A DNA stretch of 63,796 nucleotides, filler included, from Octopus bimaculoides (GCF_001194135.2; 5 parts of 5 records of this genome joined end to end with filler, not necessarily neighbours in it), one strand, 5' to 3'; positions 12,443 to 24,903 are shown, counted from the whole stretch's first letter. Program-made: numbers and translations. The notes: generated from the sequence alone by a model not told the origin.

Positions 12443-13848
12443 CTGCAAAGACAAAAAAACACAACAGAGTCAGTTTCCATACCAACAGCAACGAGGTGAA
12501 TTGGGGAATAAATCGGTAGAGCAATTAATACAACTAGCATGAACCATGAAAATAGCAACCTTCTCTTCTGCATATGTATGTACCTGTCTCCTCTCATAAC
12601 AATAAGCATTTAAACCTAATAATAACAAAGAAAGAAAAAGTAGGTGGGTGCCCAAGCATGGCCACAGCCTTTAGTCTAGAATCATCATCATCATCGTTTA
12701 ACGTCCGCTTTCCATGCTAGCCTGGGTTGGACGATTTGACTGAGGACTGGTGAACCAGATGGCTACACCAGGCTCCAATCTGATTTAGCAGAGTTTCTAC
12801 AGCTGGATGCCCTTCCTAACGCCAACCACTCCGAGAGTGTAGTGGGTGCATTTACGTAAAAGATAAAATGTAACATCCTCAGTTATTTGCTGATTAAAGC
12901 AATTACACTACTGATACATCTTTTAATGCATAAATCCTTCTCTCTCTCTCTTTAACCAGGTAACCATGTACCGCTTCTACAACAAGACACCTGTTCCTGC
13001 TTTTCTGTCTCTCTGTCACCCTTGAATCTTTCATTTTACATCATTTCACACAAGATCACCTCCTCTCAAAGGATCTCTATCTTCCTCCTCCAAAGTCTCC
13101 TCTCCTCTCTCGGAGGACCTTGGTCTTGTGAGTCACTTGGTGACACACAAAAAAAAGGCATCCAGTCCACCCTGCTGGGTGGTTGGCATCTGGAAGAGCA
13201 TCCAGCTGTAACAAGCTTGCCTCTGCTTGTGCCCTGTAAAAAGCACTAGAGTAGGCTTTTAAGCTTGTTCTAAATATAAACAGCCACATCATCAAAATCT
13301 CAAGAATACAAGAATGCAAGATTAATACAAAACAATGGGAATAAAAGACGATTACATTTGACAGTAATCTGAATGCATAAAGGTAAAATCAGAAAGACTG
13401 CATCACAGAAACATGGATGGTTTCAAAAAGGGGGGGAGAGAGAGAGAGGGGGNNNNNNNNNNNNNNNNNNNNNNNNNNNNNNNNNNNNNNNNNNNNNNNN
13501 NNNNNNNNNNNNNNNNNNNNNNNNNNNNNNNNNNNNNNNNNNNNNNNNNNNNGTAACTTTCATAACCTGATCTAACAGTTTGATGCCTCTGTAATTATTT
13601 GTTTTGATGCCTCTATGTACATATATATGTGTGTATATATTCTTTTAATTGTTTCAGTCATTTGACTGCGTCCATGCTTGGGCACCGTCTTTAGTCAAAC
13701 AAATCGACCCCCCAGGACTTATTCTTTGTAAGCCTAGTACTTATTCTATCGGCGTCTTTTGCCGAACTGCTGAGTTACGGGGTCGTAAACGCACCAACAT
13801 CGGTGGTCAAGTGATGGTGGGGTACAAACACAGACACACAAACATATA

Positions 13849-14260
13849 CTAGCTAAAGTACCTGTCCTTTGAACGGTTTAAGTTGCTCGTGAATCAGCCC
13901 GTTAACCTTGAGGCAGCACTGCACGTTGTCCGAGTTGTGCGCTGGTCTGGTGTCTCTGCAGCTTTTGTGACAGAATTGCGTATATTTTGCGATGCGCGTT
14001 GATCAGGTGTCACTGTGGTTCTTGCGGCAGCATTCAGCGCTAACCGAAATGCACGCTCCTCTGCAGATTCATTTGATCGTGAAGCAGCAGTAATTTGCGC
14101 GTTTTTTGCCCCACGGGCTCAAAGCTTTCCTGCTGAGTTTCGATGTGATGATTGCAAATTATTGAGTCTTGCGCTGGTTTCATTAATTCGACGCTGCTTT
14201 GACCTAACCGAATCGATTGACAATCTGCCAGAAGCGAAGTAGACTCAATGTAAGCCGGGT
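13849..14260 (-). mobile_element. Short Helitron derivative with STPR-like coding remnant
   Basis: Minus strand ends in CTAG|t, preceded by a degenerate hairpin (cctgtcc-ttt-gaacgg). The upstream frame reads ...SRSNESAEERAFRL...TPDQRASQ...ETPDQRTTR. 5' boundary uncertain. Confidence 0.65.
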
Positions 14261-14533
14261 GGTATAAAACGAAAATATAACCTCACAAAATATCCAGTCT
14301 TAAAACCATGGGACTGATAGTGGTCAAAAAAGACCAAAAATAGAATCTTTTTAAGACCAACTCTTAAATGAACTTTTCCGTAATATTATTAACGTAACGA
14401 CACGTTTTCAAGTATGAACATCGTGAGAAAAAAACAATAATTAATGCAAAGTAAAAGGTTAAACTTAACATAGAAATAGTTTAGGAATTGTTGGTTGTGA
14501 AATATGAGAAATAATAATCTGCAGGAAACGTAC

Positions 14534-14651
14534 CTTTTATTTCAAGTGCAAAGAATGATATATAAATCCGAGTGAGAACAAAAGTCTTACAACTTCGAGA
14601 TGAGTTGTAACCGTTGCTGGTAAAAACTACAACATGCCAACAGGAAGTCAT
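14534..14651 (-). CDS. WSB1: Candidate WSB1 first exon (possibly partly 5'UTR)
   Basis: Strong donor aaag|gtacgt at 14534. ATG at 14651 gives 118 nt (phase 1), in frame with the exon at 12442. I do not recognise homology in the peptide MTSCWHVVVF... Confidence 0.45.
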
Positions 14652-14760
14652 CGACTTTCTTTGCACGCGCATGATAATTAGATAATTATCAAATCTTAAG
14701 ATAGATTCGCATCGATGAACTTATTAAATCGATTCATGCGATCGATAACGCATCGCAAAA
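14534..14760. promoter_or_regulatory. Putative bidirectional promoter region for WSB1 (-) and CFAP95 (+)
   Basis: Non-repetitive, CpG-richer stretch with an ETS-like CAGGAAGT at 14641-14648, lying between two divergent genes. Transcription start sites are inferred, not seen. Confidence 0.45.
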
Positions 14761-14892
14761 ACACAAATGAAAGAAAATATATTTCGGTTTTGGATTTGGT
14801 TTGCAAGATTCTTTATATGAGTTGGTGCGTTGAAGCATATTCTGTTGTCTGGGGAGAGTCGTTCTCTTTTCGTGCCTTATAATTTAACACAG

Positions 14893-15304
14893 TGGAGGCG
14901 CAATGGCCCAGTGGTTAGGGCAGCGGACTCGCGGTTTCGATTCCCAGACCGGGCGTTGTGAATGTTTATTGAGCGAAAACACCAAAAAGCTCCACGAGGC
15001 TCCGGCAGGGGGTAATGGCAAACCCTGCTGTACTCTTCCACCACAACTTTCACTCACTCTTATTTCCTGTTTCTTTTGTGCCTGTAATTCAAAGGGTCAG
15101 CCTTGTCACACTCTGTGTCACGCTGAATATCCCCGAGAACTACGTTAAGGGTACACGTGTCTGTGGAGTGCTCAGCCACTTGCACGTTAATTTCACGAGC
15201 AGGCTGTTCCGTTGATCGGATCAACTGGAACCCTCGACGTCATAAGAAACTGCGATTCTATGACCGCGAGTCCGCTGCTCTAACCACTGGGCCATTGCGC
15301 CTCC
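14893..15304 (+). mobile_element. tRNA-derived SINE (family D; also at about 11500, 17790, 26826, 29085) followed by an inverted 5' fragment of the same family
   Basis: tggaggcgcaatggcccagtggttagggcagcggactcgcgg at 14893 and its reverse complement at about 15262-15304. Confidence 0.8.
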
Positions 15305-15776
15305 ACAATTAAAGACTATAGCTAGAAATTAAATTTGTAAGCCCAAACGGACGGTCTAAGTCTAAGTGGAAAGAATTAATACAGATTAGTGCTTTAAGAC
15401 TTTATCTCAGAGGGTTAATCCTTTTGAAAATAACTCCATTAATTTACTCAAAGCTTGGCGAGCGAACAATTGACAGTTTCTTCCGTTTGTAAACAGGAAT
15501 CCAATAAAGACGAAATACTATAAGCGTAATAATTGTATTTCGTTTTCCGTAACTGATACCCACATTTGAACCACCCTGCATTATTTTCTACAAACAATTT
15601 AGGTGAATAATGGACATTTTTAGCGCCTGTCAAAGTTATTAACAACTTAAAAAAAGATATATTTATTATTGTATTTCCTATAAAAAAAAATTGTCGACTA
15701 TATAATATGATAAAATGACGGCCCTAACGTGACCAACCAATGTAAAAAATTAACCTTTTCAAAATTTGCTTATGTG

Positions 15777-15836
<60 letters not shown>

Positions 15837-16277
15837 NNNNNNNNNNNNNNNNNNNNNNNNNNNNNNNNNNNNNNNNNNNNNNNNNNNNNNNNNNNNNNNN
15901 NNNNNNNNNNNNNNNNNNNNNNNNNNNNNNNNNNNNNNNNNNNNNNNNNNNNNNNNNNNNNNNNNNNNNNNNNNNNNNNNNNNNNNNNNNNNNNNNNNNN
16001 NNNNNNNNNNNNNNNNNNNNNNNNNNNNNNNNNNNNNNNNNNNNNNNNNNNNNNNNNNNNNNNNNNNNNNNNNNNNNNNNNNNNNNNNNNNNNNNNNNNN
16101 NNNNNNNNNNNNNNNNNNNNNNNNNNNNNNNNNNNNNNNNNNNNNNNNNNNNNNNNNNNNNNNNNNNNNNNNNNNNNNNNNNNNNNNNNNNNNNNNNNNN
16201 NNNNNNNNNNNNNNNNATATACATATATATATATGTATATATATATATATGTATATATATATGTATATATATATATG

Positions 16278-16308
<31 letters not shown>

Positions 16309-16349
16309 GTATATATATATATGTATATATATATATGTATATATATATG

Positions 16350-16400
<51 letters not shown>

Positions 16401-16518
16401 GTATACATATATGTATATATTTATATATGTATGTGTATATATATGCATATGTATATATATATATGCATATATTCATATATATATATACACATATATTTAT
16501 ACATATATAAATACATTC

Positions 16519-16557
<39 letters not shown>

Positions 16558-16640
16558 CACATATATATATATATATATACATACATCTATATGCATACAT
16601 ATATATGTATATATGTTTGTTTTTGTGTTCCTTATTCCAG

Positions 16641-16765
16641 GAATTTCCCAAGACTTCTTACCAAGAACAGTGCCAACAACTGGCTCTGAAACCGTTCTGT
16701 GAGCAGCGGAGTGGACCTGCACCCATGGTGAATGAAAACTCATTCGGATACAACCCCTGGCAGAG
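16641..16765 (+). CDS. CFAP95: CFAP95 (C9orf135) internal exon
   Basis: ttccttattccag|gaa...cag ag|gtgatg; [41 protein letters not shown]. Phase 2 fits the next exon. Weak similarity, non-optimal donor. Confidence 0.7.
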
Positions 16766-17595
16766 GTGATGTTTTCTTTGATGTCGTCGCCAGAAGAGGG
16801 CTGGACGCATATTTATGCGTGTATGTGTGTGCATGCATGTATATGTGTGTGGATGTATGTAACCAAGTATGTATGTACGCGTATGAGCATGTATGCATGT
16901 GTGTATGTGTCCATGCATGTAGGTATGTATTTGTTGTCTATATGCCAATTAATCTTTGATCACTTGTTTATGTCTATAAATATACACACATAAATATATA
17001 TAAACACATATCACTGATGATATATATAGAGAATCTGCCCCACCAAAATGTATGCAAACTTCAGGAAAGGAAAAATCTTGTGTAAATATTTGACTTGTAT
17101 ATTTGACCTCCGTAAATGTGAATACCTCTTTCCATGCTTTATCAAATTGTAATAACACTGAATTAAAATAGGTCATCCCGTAAGGGGAGGGGAGTAAGGT
17201 GTTATAAGTCCAACAGCTGTTTCTAGAGGCTCAGAGATACACGATAATGTTGGTAGGTCTAGTTCACCATGATATGCGGCCATAATGGAAGCAGATAAAC
17301 ATCATATATATTGAGCCTCTGGATGAACAAGAGGATAAGAGGATTATCTGGTATAAATCAAGCTGAGTGTGTTTATTTTGTAGTATTTGAACCGTCAGGG
17401 TTATTTTTGCACTTTCCCCAGAATAACCTTTAAACAAGTAAATAGTATTTTCTTCAACAATAGATCCACTTATTCCGGTTTGTGATTTAGTCATGAATAC
17501 ACCATGAAAGACGATGCCTTTCGTGTCACTTGACCGGCATTGCAGGAAGAACTTTTCAGGGTTATTTACATACCTACATTCTTTTCTCTTTGCAG

Positions 17596-17725
17596 AGACA
17601 CTGGCGCTCCTGAAGAAGGCTTTGGGTCCATCCTGCCTCATCACCCGAAACCTCACCCAAAGAATTACTTCCAGACTTTTTACAATATCAACTACACACC
17701 TCCGTTTCCTTACGAATCACAACCG
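17596..17725 (+). CDS. CFAP95: CFAP95 internal exon
   Basis: ctctttgcag|a gac act...caa ccg|gtcagt; DTGAPEEGFGSILPHHP...FQTFYNINYTPPFPYESQP, comparable to C9orf135 TGLPATGFGAVFPRHP...TTYSEDYVPPYDY. Confidence 0.88.
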
Positions 17726-18406
17726 GTCAGTTAACCATTTATCTCTGTCTGTCTGTATGTCACCCCCACCTTTCTGTGTGTATGTGCATGAAGTACATGG
17801 CTCAGTGGTTAGGGTATCTGGCTCACTCATGAGTTCAATCCCTTGCAGAGAACTATGTCCTTGAGCAAGACACTTTATTTCACTTTATTGCTCCAGTCCA
17901 CTCAGCTGGCAAAAATGAGTTGTACCTGTAATTCAAAGGGGGCCTGCCTCGTCACAGTCTGCTGTGTTCGGCTGAATCTCCTTGGGAACTACGCTAAGGG
18001 TACATGTGTCTGTGGAGTACTCAGCCACATTAATTTCATGAGCAGGCTCTTCCACTGATTAGGCCAAATGGAGTTTTCATTGTTGTAACCGACAGAATGT
18101 CAGATATGTGTGTAGACGTAGTAGATTATAGCAACCAGATATTCCTTGAATCACACCCTACTGTCTTAATAAGCCAATGAGAGAGACCCCTGCATAGGAG
18201 CTAAACCTAAGAGGAATTGCAAACAAATTACCCTCAAATTATGCCTTCCTGTCTTAAGGAAAGAGGAAGAAACAGACATTGTAGTAGTTCAAAATGGGAT
18301 GGTCATGTTGGGAACGTCTTTGATCAATAGGGCTGCTCAACCAAGGCTGACAACAATTTGCACACACTCACACTCAATTGTTCTCACTCTCTCTCTCTAT
18401 TTCCAG

Positions 18407-18571
18407 TCTAAAACTGACCTCGAGTATTTGACTGAACATCGTAAGTGTCACTCACAGTTCACTGACACGGCCGACTACCGTCGCTTCAATTTGAACACCT
18501 GGCAGAACGACTCCGGAATCTATGCGAAGCCACGGAAACCTAAAGAGAAGACACTGGATGGCTTGATGTAG
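18407..18571 (+). CDS. CFAP95: CFAP95 last coding exon
   Basis: ctatttccag|tct...atg tag; HRKCHSQFTDTADYRRFNLNTWQNDSGIYA, comparable to [30 protein letters not shown]. Confidence 0.92.
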   Translation, partial: SKTDLEYLTEHRKCHSQFTDTADYRRFNLNTWQNDSGIYAKPRKPKEKTLDGLM

Positions 18572-19867
18572 TGGGGTGAATCCTTCTCCAACGATGATCT
18601 AAACTGCAACATTCAAGGATTCTGGGGCACAGCTGTGTGTCTATTTTGTGTTACGGTAGTCGAAAGAGTGTTTCAAAGTTTTTGGTTAAATAAAATCCTT
18701 TATAATACCTTCTACCTGTTATTTGTCACTGAGTGTGCTGGGTGCTTTTTATGTGCCATTAAGCAAGGGTGCATTTATACAACATTGTCGGCACCTGAAA
18801 GGACAAACCTGCATTTGATTGGGGTTTTACTTACCTTGATATGTCTAATCAAGTACAGCATGGAAAATGGGTGTTAAATGATGATGACTATTAACCCTTT
18901 AGCATTTAAACTGGCTGTATCTGGGCCCCACCAAAATAATCTGTTTTATGTTCAAACTGGCCAGATCTGGCCTCTTACACTTACCCTACAATGTCATTCT
19001 AAAATAAGCAATCATCTGATCGAAACCGTGAAGTTACAAGATAATGTAACTTCATTTGAGTGGCTGGACACCTTAGCAGGGCAGAAAATAAAACCTGTCG
19101 AACGCCAGATGAGCTTTTTGTGGGCCAAAGTCCATCCAGGTAAGGGAAGATAATGGCAAACCGCTCCAATATCTCTGCCAACACAATGGCTTCTTCTGAT
19201 GGGAGAATTCACGTTCAGTCAGACAGACTTTTGTTGTAATGTCACCATCGAGCTATAAAAAGCATACATGAGGATGATGATGATGATGATGATGATGACC
19301 CAGTCAAATGCTGGGGTCAGTGGTATTAGCTAATCTCCTCCTCCGCACCCTTCCATAATGACTAACCTCGAGTTTAAGACAGAAGCAATTATCATAATAA
19401 ATATAACAAAACGAATTAGCAGTATTCCGTCTGAATTTACATTCCGAGTTCAAATTCCACTGAGGTCGACTTTACCTTTCATCCTTTCGGGGTCAATTAA
19501 ATAAGTACCAGTTACACAATGGGGTCGATGTAATTGACTTAACCCCCTACCTCCACCCCGCCAAATTGCTGGTCTTGTGTCAAAATTTGAAATCAATATA
19601 ATAAAATAATCAAGCATTGTTATACTTTGCTCTTAATTATTTTTATTCTTTTCCCTTTTTTTTTCTTCCTAGCTTTGCATTTTTTTTTTTGGATCTTTGA
19701 ACTTTTCCTAGCTTTGCATTTTTTTCTATCTTTCATTATTATTTTTTATTCATCTTATTTCATTTCTTTTTCGTCGTCATTTTTTTTCTTCTTTTTTTTT
19801 TCTCATTTCATTTATCTTGTTTTCTTCTTTTTTCCGCTTCATTGTATCTCTGTCCGCAGTGTCGTTC

Positions 19868-20010
19868 CTATATCGTGGGACAGAACCCAAACTTGAGGTC
19901 TCCCGATGGTTCCCCTGCTGCCAGTGCATGGGTTTTATCTTTCAGCTTCACGTTGCGTATGCAGCCTACGTACGGACTAGTGGCTTCAACACCCTTCCAG
20001 GTAACTCCAG
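19868..20010 (-). CDS. LanA: Laminin alpha last coding exon (end of LG5)
   Basis: ttctgttccag|ct gga...ata tag; GVTWKGVEATSPYVGCIRNVKLKDK...DLKFGFCPTI*, the typical GCIR...CPx* laminin-alpha terminus. Missed by the ORF track. Confidence 0.92.
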
Positions 20011-20409
20011 CTGGAACAGAAAACAAAAGGGCAACAATAAATAAAAACAGACATCACCAACATGTACACACACATATAGACATGTGAAGGCGCGTGGCCA
20101 AGTGGTAAGGGTGTTGCATTCACGATTACCTGGTCATGGGTTCAATTCCCAGATCAGGCAGTGCATTGTGTTCATTTCATTTCACCTTGCTCCAACCCCA
20201 CTTCTGACCGGAGGAGAATGTCGGTCAGATTGCCTGACCAGCAGGGTGGCATCGGTCATTGGCTGAAACAATGTAAAAAAAAAGTGCACTGTGACCAGTG
20301 ATGTGTAACCATCTGATTGGTTGGTTGTGTGGCCACATGATATAGACATATAAATATACATGCATACATACATACACACACACATATATATATATTTATA
20401 CATACATAT

Positions 20410-20453
<44 letters not shown>

Positions 20454-20580
20454 TATAGGTATACATAAGCATATACATACCTACATATATACATACACAT
20501 ATACATATATACATAGACATATACATACATATATGCATACATATATACATATATGCATATATACATATATATATGCATTT

Positions 20581-20623
<43 letters not shown>

Positions 20624-21368
20624 NNNNNNNNNNNNNNNNNNNNNNNNNNNNNNNNNNNNNNNNNNNNNNNNNNNNNNNNNNNNNNNNNNNNNNNNNNNNN
20701 NNNNNNNNNNNNNNNNNNNNNNNNNNNNNNNNNNNNNNNNNNNNNNNNNNNNNNNNNNNNNNNNNNNNNNNNNNNNNNNNNNNNNNNNNNNNNNNNNNNN
20801 NNNNNNNNNNNNNNNNNNNNNNNNNNNNNNNNNNNNNNNNNNNNNNNNNNNNNNNNNNNNNNNNNNNNNNNNNNNNNNNNNNNNNNNNNNNNNNNNNNNN
20901 NNNNNNNNNNNNNNNNNNNNNNNNNNNNNNNNNNNNNNNNNNNNNNNNNNNNNNNNNNNNNNNNNNNNNNNNNNNNNNNNNNNNNNNNNNNNNNNNNNNN
21001 NNNNNNNNNNNNNNNNNNNNNNNNNNNNNNNNNNNNNNNNNNNNNNNNNNNNNNNNNNNNNNNNNNNNNNNNNNNNNNNNNNNNNNNNNNNNNNNNNNNN
21101 NNNNNNNNNNNNNNNNNNNNNNNNNNNNNNNNNNNNNNNNNNNNNNNNNNNNNNNNNNNNNNNNNNNNNNNNNNNNNNNNNNNNNNNNNNNNNNNNNNNN
21201 NNNNNNNNNNNNNNNNNNNNNNNNNNNNNNNNNNNNNNNNNNNNNNNNNNNNNNNNNNNNNNNNNNNNNNNNNNNNNNNNNNNNNNNNNNNNNNNNNNNN
21301 NNNNNNNNNNNNNNNNNNNNNNNNNNNNNNNNNNNNNNNNNNNNNNNNNNNNNNNNNNNNNNNNNNNN

Positions 21369-21406
<38 letters not shown>

Positions 21407-21557
21407 CACACACACAGAGGCCCATGTACAAGTGTTGCAATTTATTAACTGTTTCAGTCACACACAGAGCAGACCTACTTGTACAGACTAGCACTGTATT
21501 CGGTTGCAACATCCTTTCCAAATGACCACCGCTTTCGAATGTAATAAATCCACTTAC

Positions 21558-21680
21558 CTGGGACTCCACCAATGTAGAGGGGATGATTGGTATCTGCAGA
21601 AGAGGCCCCTACTTTACCCTTGCCAATGGGGAACTTTATACTGTCCACTTCTAGGATGGCTAATGTTTTGGACTTCACCA
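21558..21680 (-). CDS. LanA: Laminin alpha LG5 exon
   Basis: caaccag|tg gtg...cca g|gtaagt; VKSKTLAILEVDSI...ASSADTNHPLYIGGVP. Confidence 0.93.
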
Positions 21681-22296
21681 CTGGTTGAGGGAGAGAGAGA
21701 GAGAGAGAGAATGAGACTTTGAGTGAGTGAGAAGGGGTGTCTGTGTGTGTGCTTGTATGGAAGGTTGATGTATCATGTGCATGTGAAAGACAGCAAGAAA
21801 GTGTGAGTGTTAGCGAGAGGTTGAGTGAGAGAGAAGGTGGATAGGTGCATGTGTGTTAGGTAGATGTTTTATGTGCATGAGAGAGAGGGGGGAATGAGTG
21901 TGAGGGTAAGTGAGAGAGAGAATGAGAATGAGTGCGAGGTTGTGTGAGAGGGAAAATGAGTGTGTGAGGTTGAGAGAGAAGGTGGAGGTGTGTGTGTGTG
22001 AGAGAGAGAGAGAGGGAGAGGGAGAGAGTGCAAGTTTAAAGGAGCAAGCGAAGTGGGGGAGAGAGAAAGTGGATGTGTGTGCATGTGTGAAAGAGAGAGA
22101 GAGAGACAGAGATTGAGTGTGAGTGAGTGAGGGAGGGAGAACAAGAGAGCCTGAAGGAGAGGGTGGATGTGAGTGAATGGTCAGAGAGAGAGCTTGAGTG
22201 TGAGTGAGGGTGTTGTCATCAATAAGAGAGAAGAAAGTGGAAGAATTTTATAAGAGAAAACTTGCGTAAGTTGGGGGTGGGGGTGGGGGAACTGAC

Positions 22297-22396
22297 CTTT
22301 AATCCGATGCCACTGACCGTTACAGATCTGATTATTTTGTTTCGGTTGACTGACTGTTGAAATAATACCATTCCCATTGTCAAAGGACAGCTGAAC
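22297..22396 (-). CDS. LanA: Laminin alpha LG5 exon
   Basis: ccag|gtt...aaa g|gtcagt; VQLSFDNGNGIISTVSQPKQNNQICNGQWHRIK. Confidence 0.92.
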
Positions 22397-22814
22397 CTGG
22401 ATGNNNNNNNNNNNNNNNNNNNNNNNNNNNNNNNNNNNNNNNNNNNNNNNNNNNNNNNNNNNNNNNNNNNNNNNNNNNNNNNNNNNNNNNNNNNNNNNNN
22501 NNNNNNNNNNNNNNNNNNNNNNNNNNNNNNNNNNNNNNNNNNNNNNNNNNNNNNNNNNNNNNNNNNNNNNNNNNNNNNNNNNNNNNNNNNNNNNNNNNNN
22601 NNNNNNNNNNNNNNNNNNNNNNNNNNNNNNNNNNNNNNNNNNNNNNNNNNNNNNNNNNNNNNNNNNNNNNNNNNNNNNNNNNNNNNNNNNNNNNNNNNNN
22701 NNNNNNNNNNNNNNNNNNNNNNNNNNNNNNNNNNNNNNNNNNNNNNNNNNNNNNNNNNNNNNNNNNNNNNNNNNNNNNNNNNNNNNNNNNNNNNCTGTCA
22801 AACGTAATGTTTAT

Positions 22815-23168
22815 TTATTACCTCCCCCATAGCGAAGGCAGAGGTATTGTTTTCAGTTGTGTTTGTTTATCCGTGGACAAGATATCTCAAGAACCACTGG
22901 ATGGATTCGGATGAAACTTTCAGGGATGTTTGACCTCGTGACTGGCACGAACTAATTAGATTTTGGGATCGATCCGGTACCAAACAAGGATTCTAGATTA
23001 TTTTTTCGTTTTTTTGAGAGTGGTTGGGTTCATTTTTAGTCTTCTCGTTTGTGAGAGCAGTCGAGTTTATTTCAGATATTCTCATTTTAAAAATCATCTC
23101 CGGCTAATCCTCGAGACGATGTTGGTGTTGCCTCGGTAGAGGTTTGCACTCTTTGACTGTTCTTGTTC
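22815..23168 (+). mobile_element. Non-autonomous rolling-circle-type (HINE/Helentron-like) repeat
   Basis: Starts tacctcc...gcgaaggcagaggtattgttttc; internal ggatggattcggatgaaactttcaggg; ends ggtagaggtttgcactct. Recognised by pattern only. Confidence 0.55.
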
Positions 23169-23720
23169 ACATTGTTTTGAATGAATCCTGCATTATCTCA
23201 TTCCTTTGATGTAATTGTATACTTTTAGAATGACATTTTAGGGTAGGTGTAAAGGGAGGGATCTGGCCAGTTTGTACATATAAATCATAGGTCTACTGGA
23301 TCAGGGCTGACCTGGGGTTAAACAACAACAACAACAACAGGGAAGGGCACATTAGATAATGTAGTCCTAGATACACTATGTCAAATTGAAAGACTGGATG
23401 GTCATGGCTGGGTCATGTTTGATTATAGGCCTACTGGATCAGCAATGACCTAGGGCTAAACAATCACACGGAAGGGCACATTAGATAATGTAGTCCTAGA
23501 TACACTATGTCAAATTGAAAGACTGGATGGTCAGAGGAGGAATATCTTTGATCATAGGTCCACTGGATCAAGTCTGGCTCGGGGCTAAATTACAAGAACT
23601 TCAGAATANNNNNNNNNNCCCCTACCACTGTTCCTCCTCTGCCCCAGCCACTCCCACTCAAATAGCCCCCCCCTCCTTTTCTCTCAGTGGGGATGGTCAC
23701 TTGGAAAGCATCTGACTTAC

Positions 23721-23848
23721 CACTCCATCAACGATCTGCAACAACATGAAATCCTCTTTTCCGTGGACAGCAAACAGGACACCGGACATTGACCTTGGCT
23801 TGACCTCCATCATGACCTTGAGGTCAGTACCAACATGGTACTTGTCAT
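23721..23848 (-). CDS. LanA: Laminin alpha LG5 exon
   Basis: cttctttctag|at gac...gtg|gtaagt; DKYHVGTDLKVMMEVKPRSMSGVLFAVHGKEDFMLLQIVDG. The LF.VHGK motif resembles the alpha3/5 (LanA) type. Confidence 0.93.
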
Positions 23849-24903
23849 CTAGAAAGAAGAGAGAGAGAGAGAAAGAATGAAGTGAGTGTGGGGATGGGTT
23901 TGAAGTGGTGAGTGTAACATGATGAGTGTGAGGTGGTAAGAATGAGATGTTGAGTGAGAGGTGTTGAGTGAAAGACGATGAGTGAGAGGTGTTGAGTGAA
24001 AGATGATGAGTGAGAGATGTTGAGTGAGAAGTGTTGAGTGAGAGGTGTTGAGTGAAGTGTCGAGTGTGAGGTGATGAGCATCTACCAGCTTGCCATCTTT
24101 TGTTGTCATAACGACAACAATAACAATCCTTTCCTACTGGAAGCACAAGGCCGCAAACTTGAGGGAAGAGATTAAGTCAATTACATCGACCCCAGTGTGT
24201 AACTGGTATTTATTTGATTGACCCCAAAAGGATGAAAGGCAAAGTTGACCCTGGCAGAATTTGAACTCAGAATGTACTGCTAGTGATTCTGCCAGCTTTC
24301 TGTCTTAACAATAACAACAATAATGAGGGCAGACCATGACCCCAAAACTGCTAGGTTGAGGACAGCTAGGATTTTGAGATCGGTATTTGGGTGTTGACAT
24401 CTTTCCACAATACCCAACGCCTAAGTACCAAGTCTTATAATTCACGGAAAGAGACCCTGTTAGACCTTTGGCCATAGGTTGCTGTCTGCTCTCACAAGAT
24501 CGACTCGAGCAAGTTAGATTGAGAGCCCTGACAAGTAAAATATAATGAGGGCTGTACATGAAGAGGGATAAAGATGGCTGTGACCCCATAAGAGTACAGG
24601 AAAGCCTTGACAGTGAAAGAAGAAACTCTTGACTTGAGTATTTGGCAAACAGCGAACAAGACCTGTTACAGTATGCTTTTTAATGCAGAAGGGTTTACCC
24701 TCAATGGAGTTGAGTGTGCTAAAAAATTCTGTTCATGAATAGTCAAAGAGAGGGAAGAAATACGACCCTGCCAGCAATTATATGGTCCATTCTATCAGTC
24801 TATCCATCTCTCGTATCTATCTATCTATATACATGCTTGCCTAACTATATTATGTTATGTATACCTATATATGTATGCGTTTATATTATGAATCTGTACT
24901 TAC

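Noticed and set aside
14612-14630. RFX X-box for the ciliary gene (gttgctggtaaaaac)
   Set aside because: Only the left half fits the consensus.
14893-14960. tRNA-like sequences (A/B boxes) here and at other SINE heads
   Set aside because: No complete cloverleaf; they continue into SINE bodies, so they are not tRNA genes.
24320-24660. Possible LINE RT remnant (QLGF..., KA.D.V-like)
   Set aside because: Too degenerate to support by eye; it is not a missing laminin exon either.
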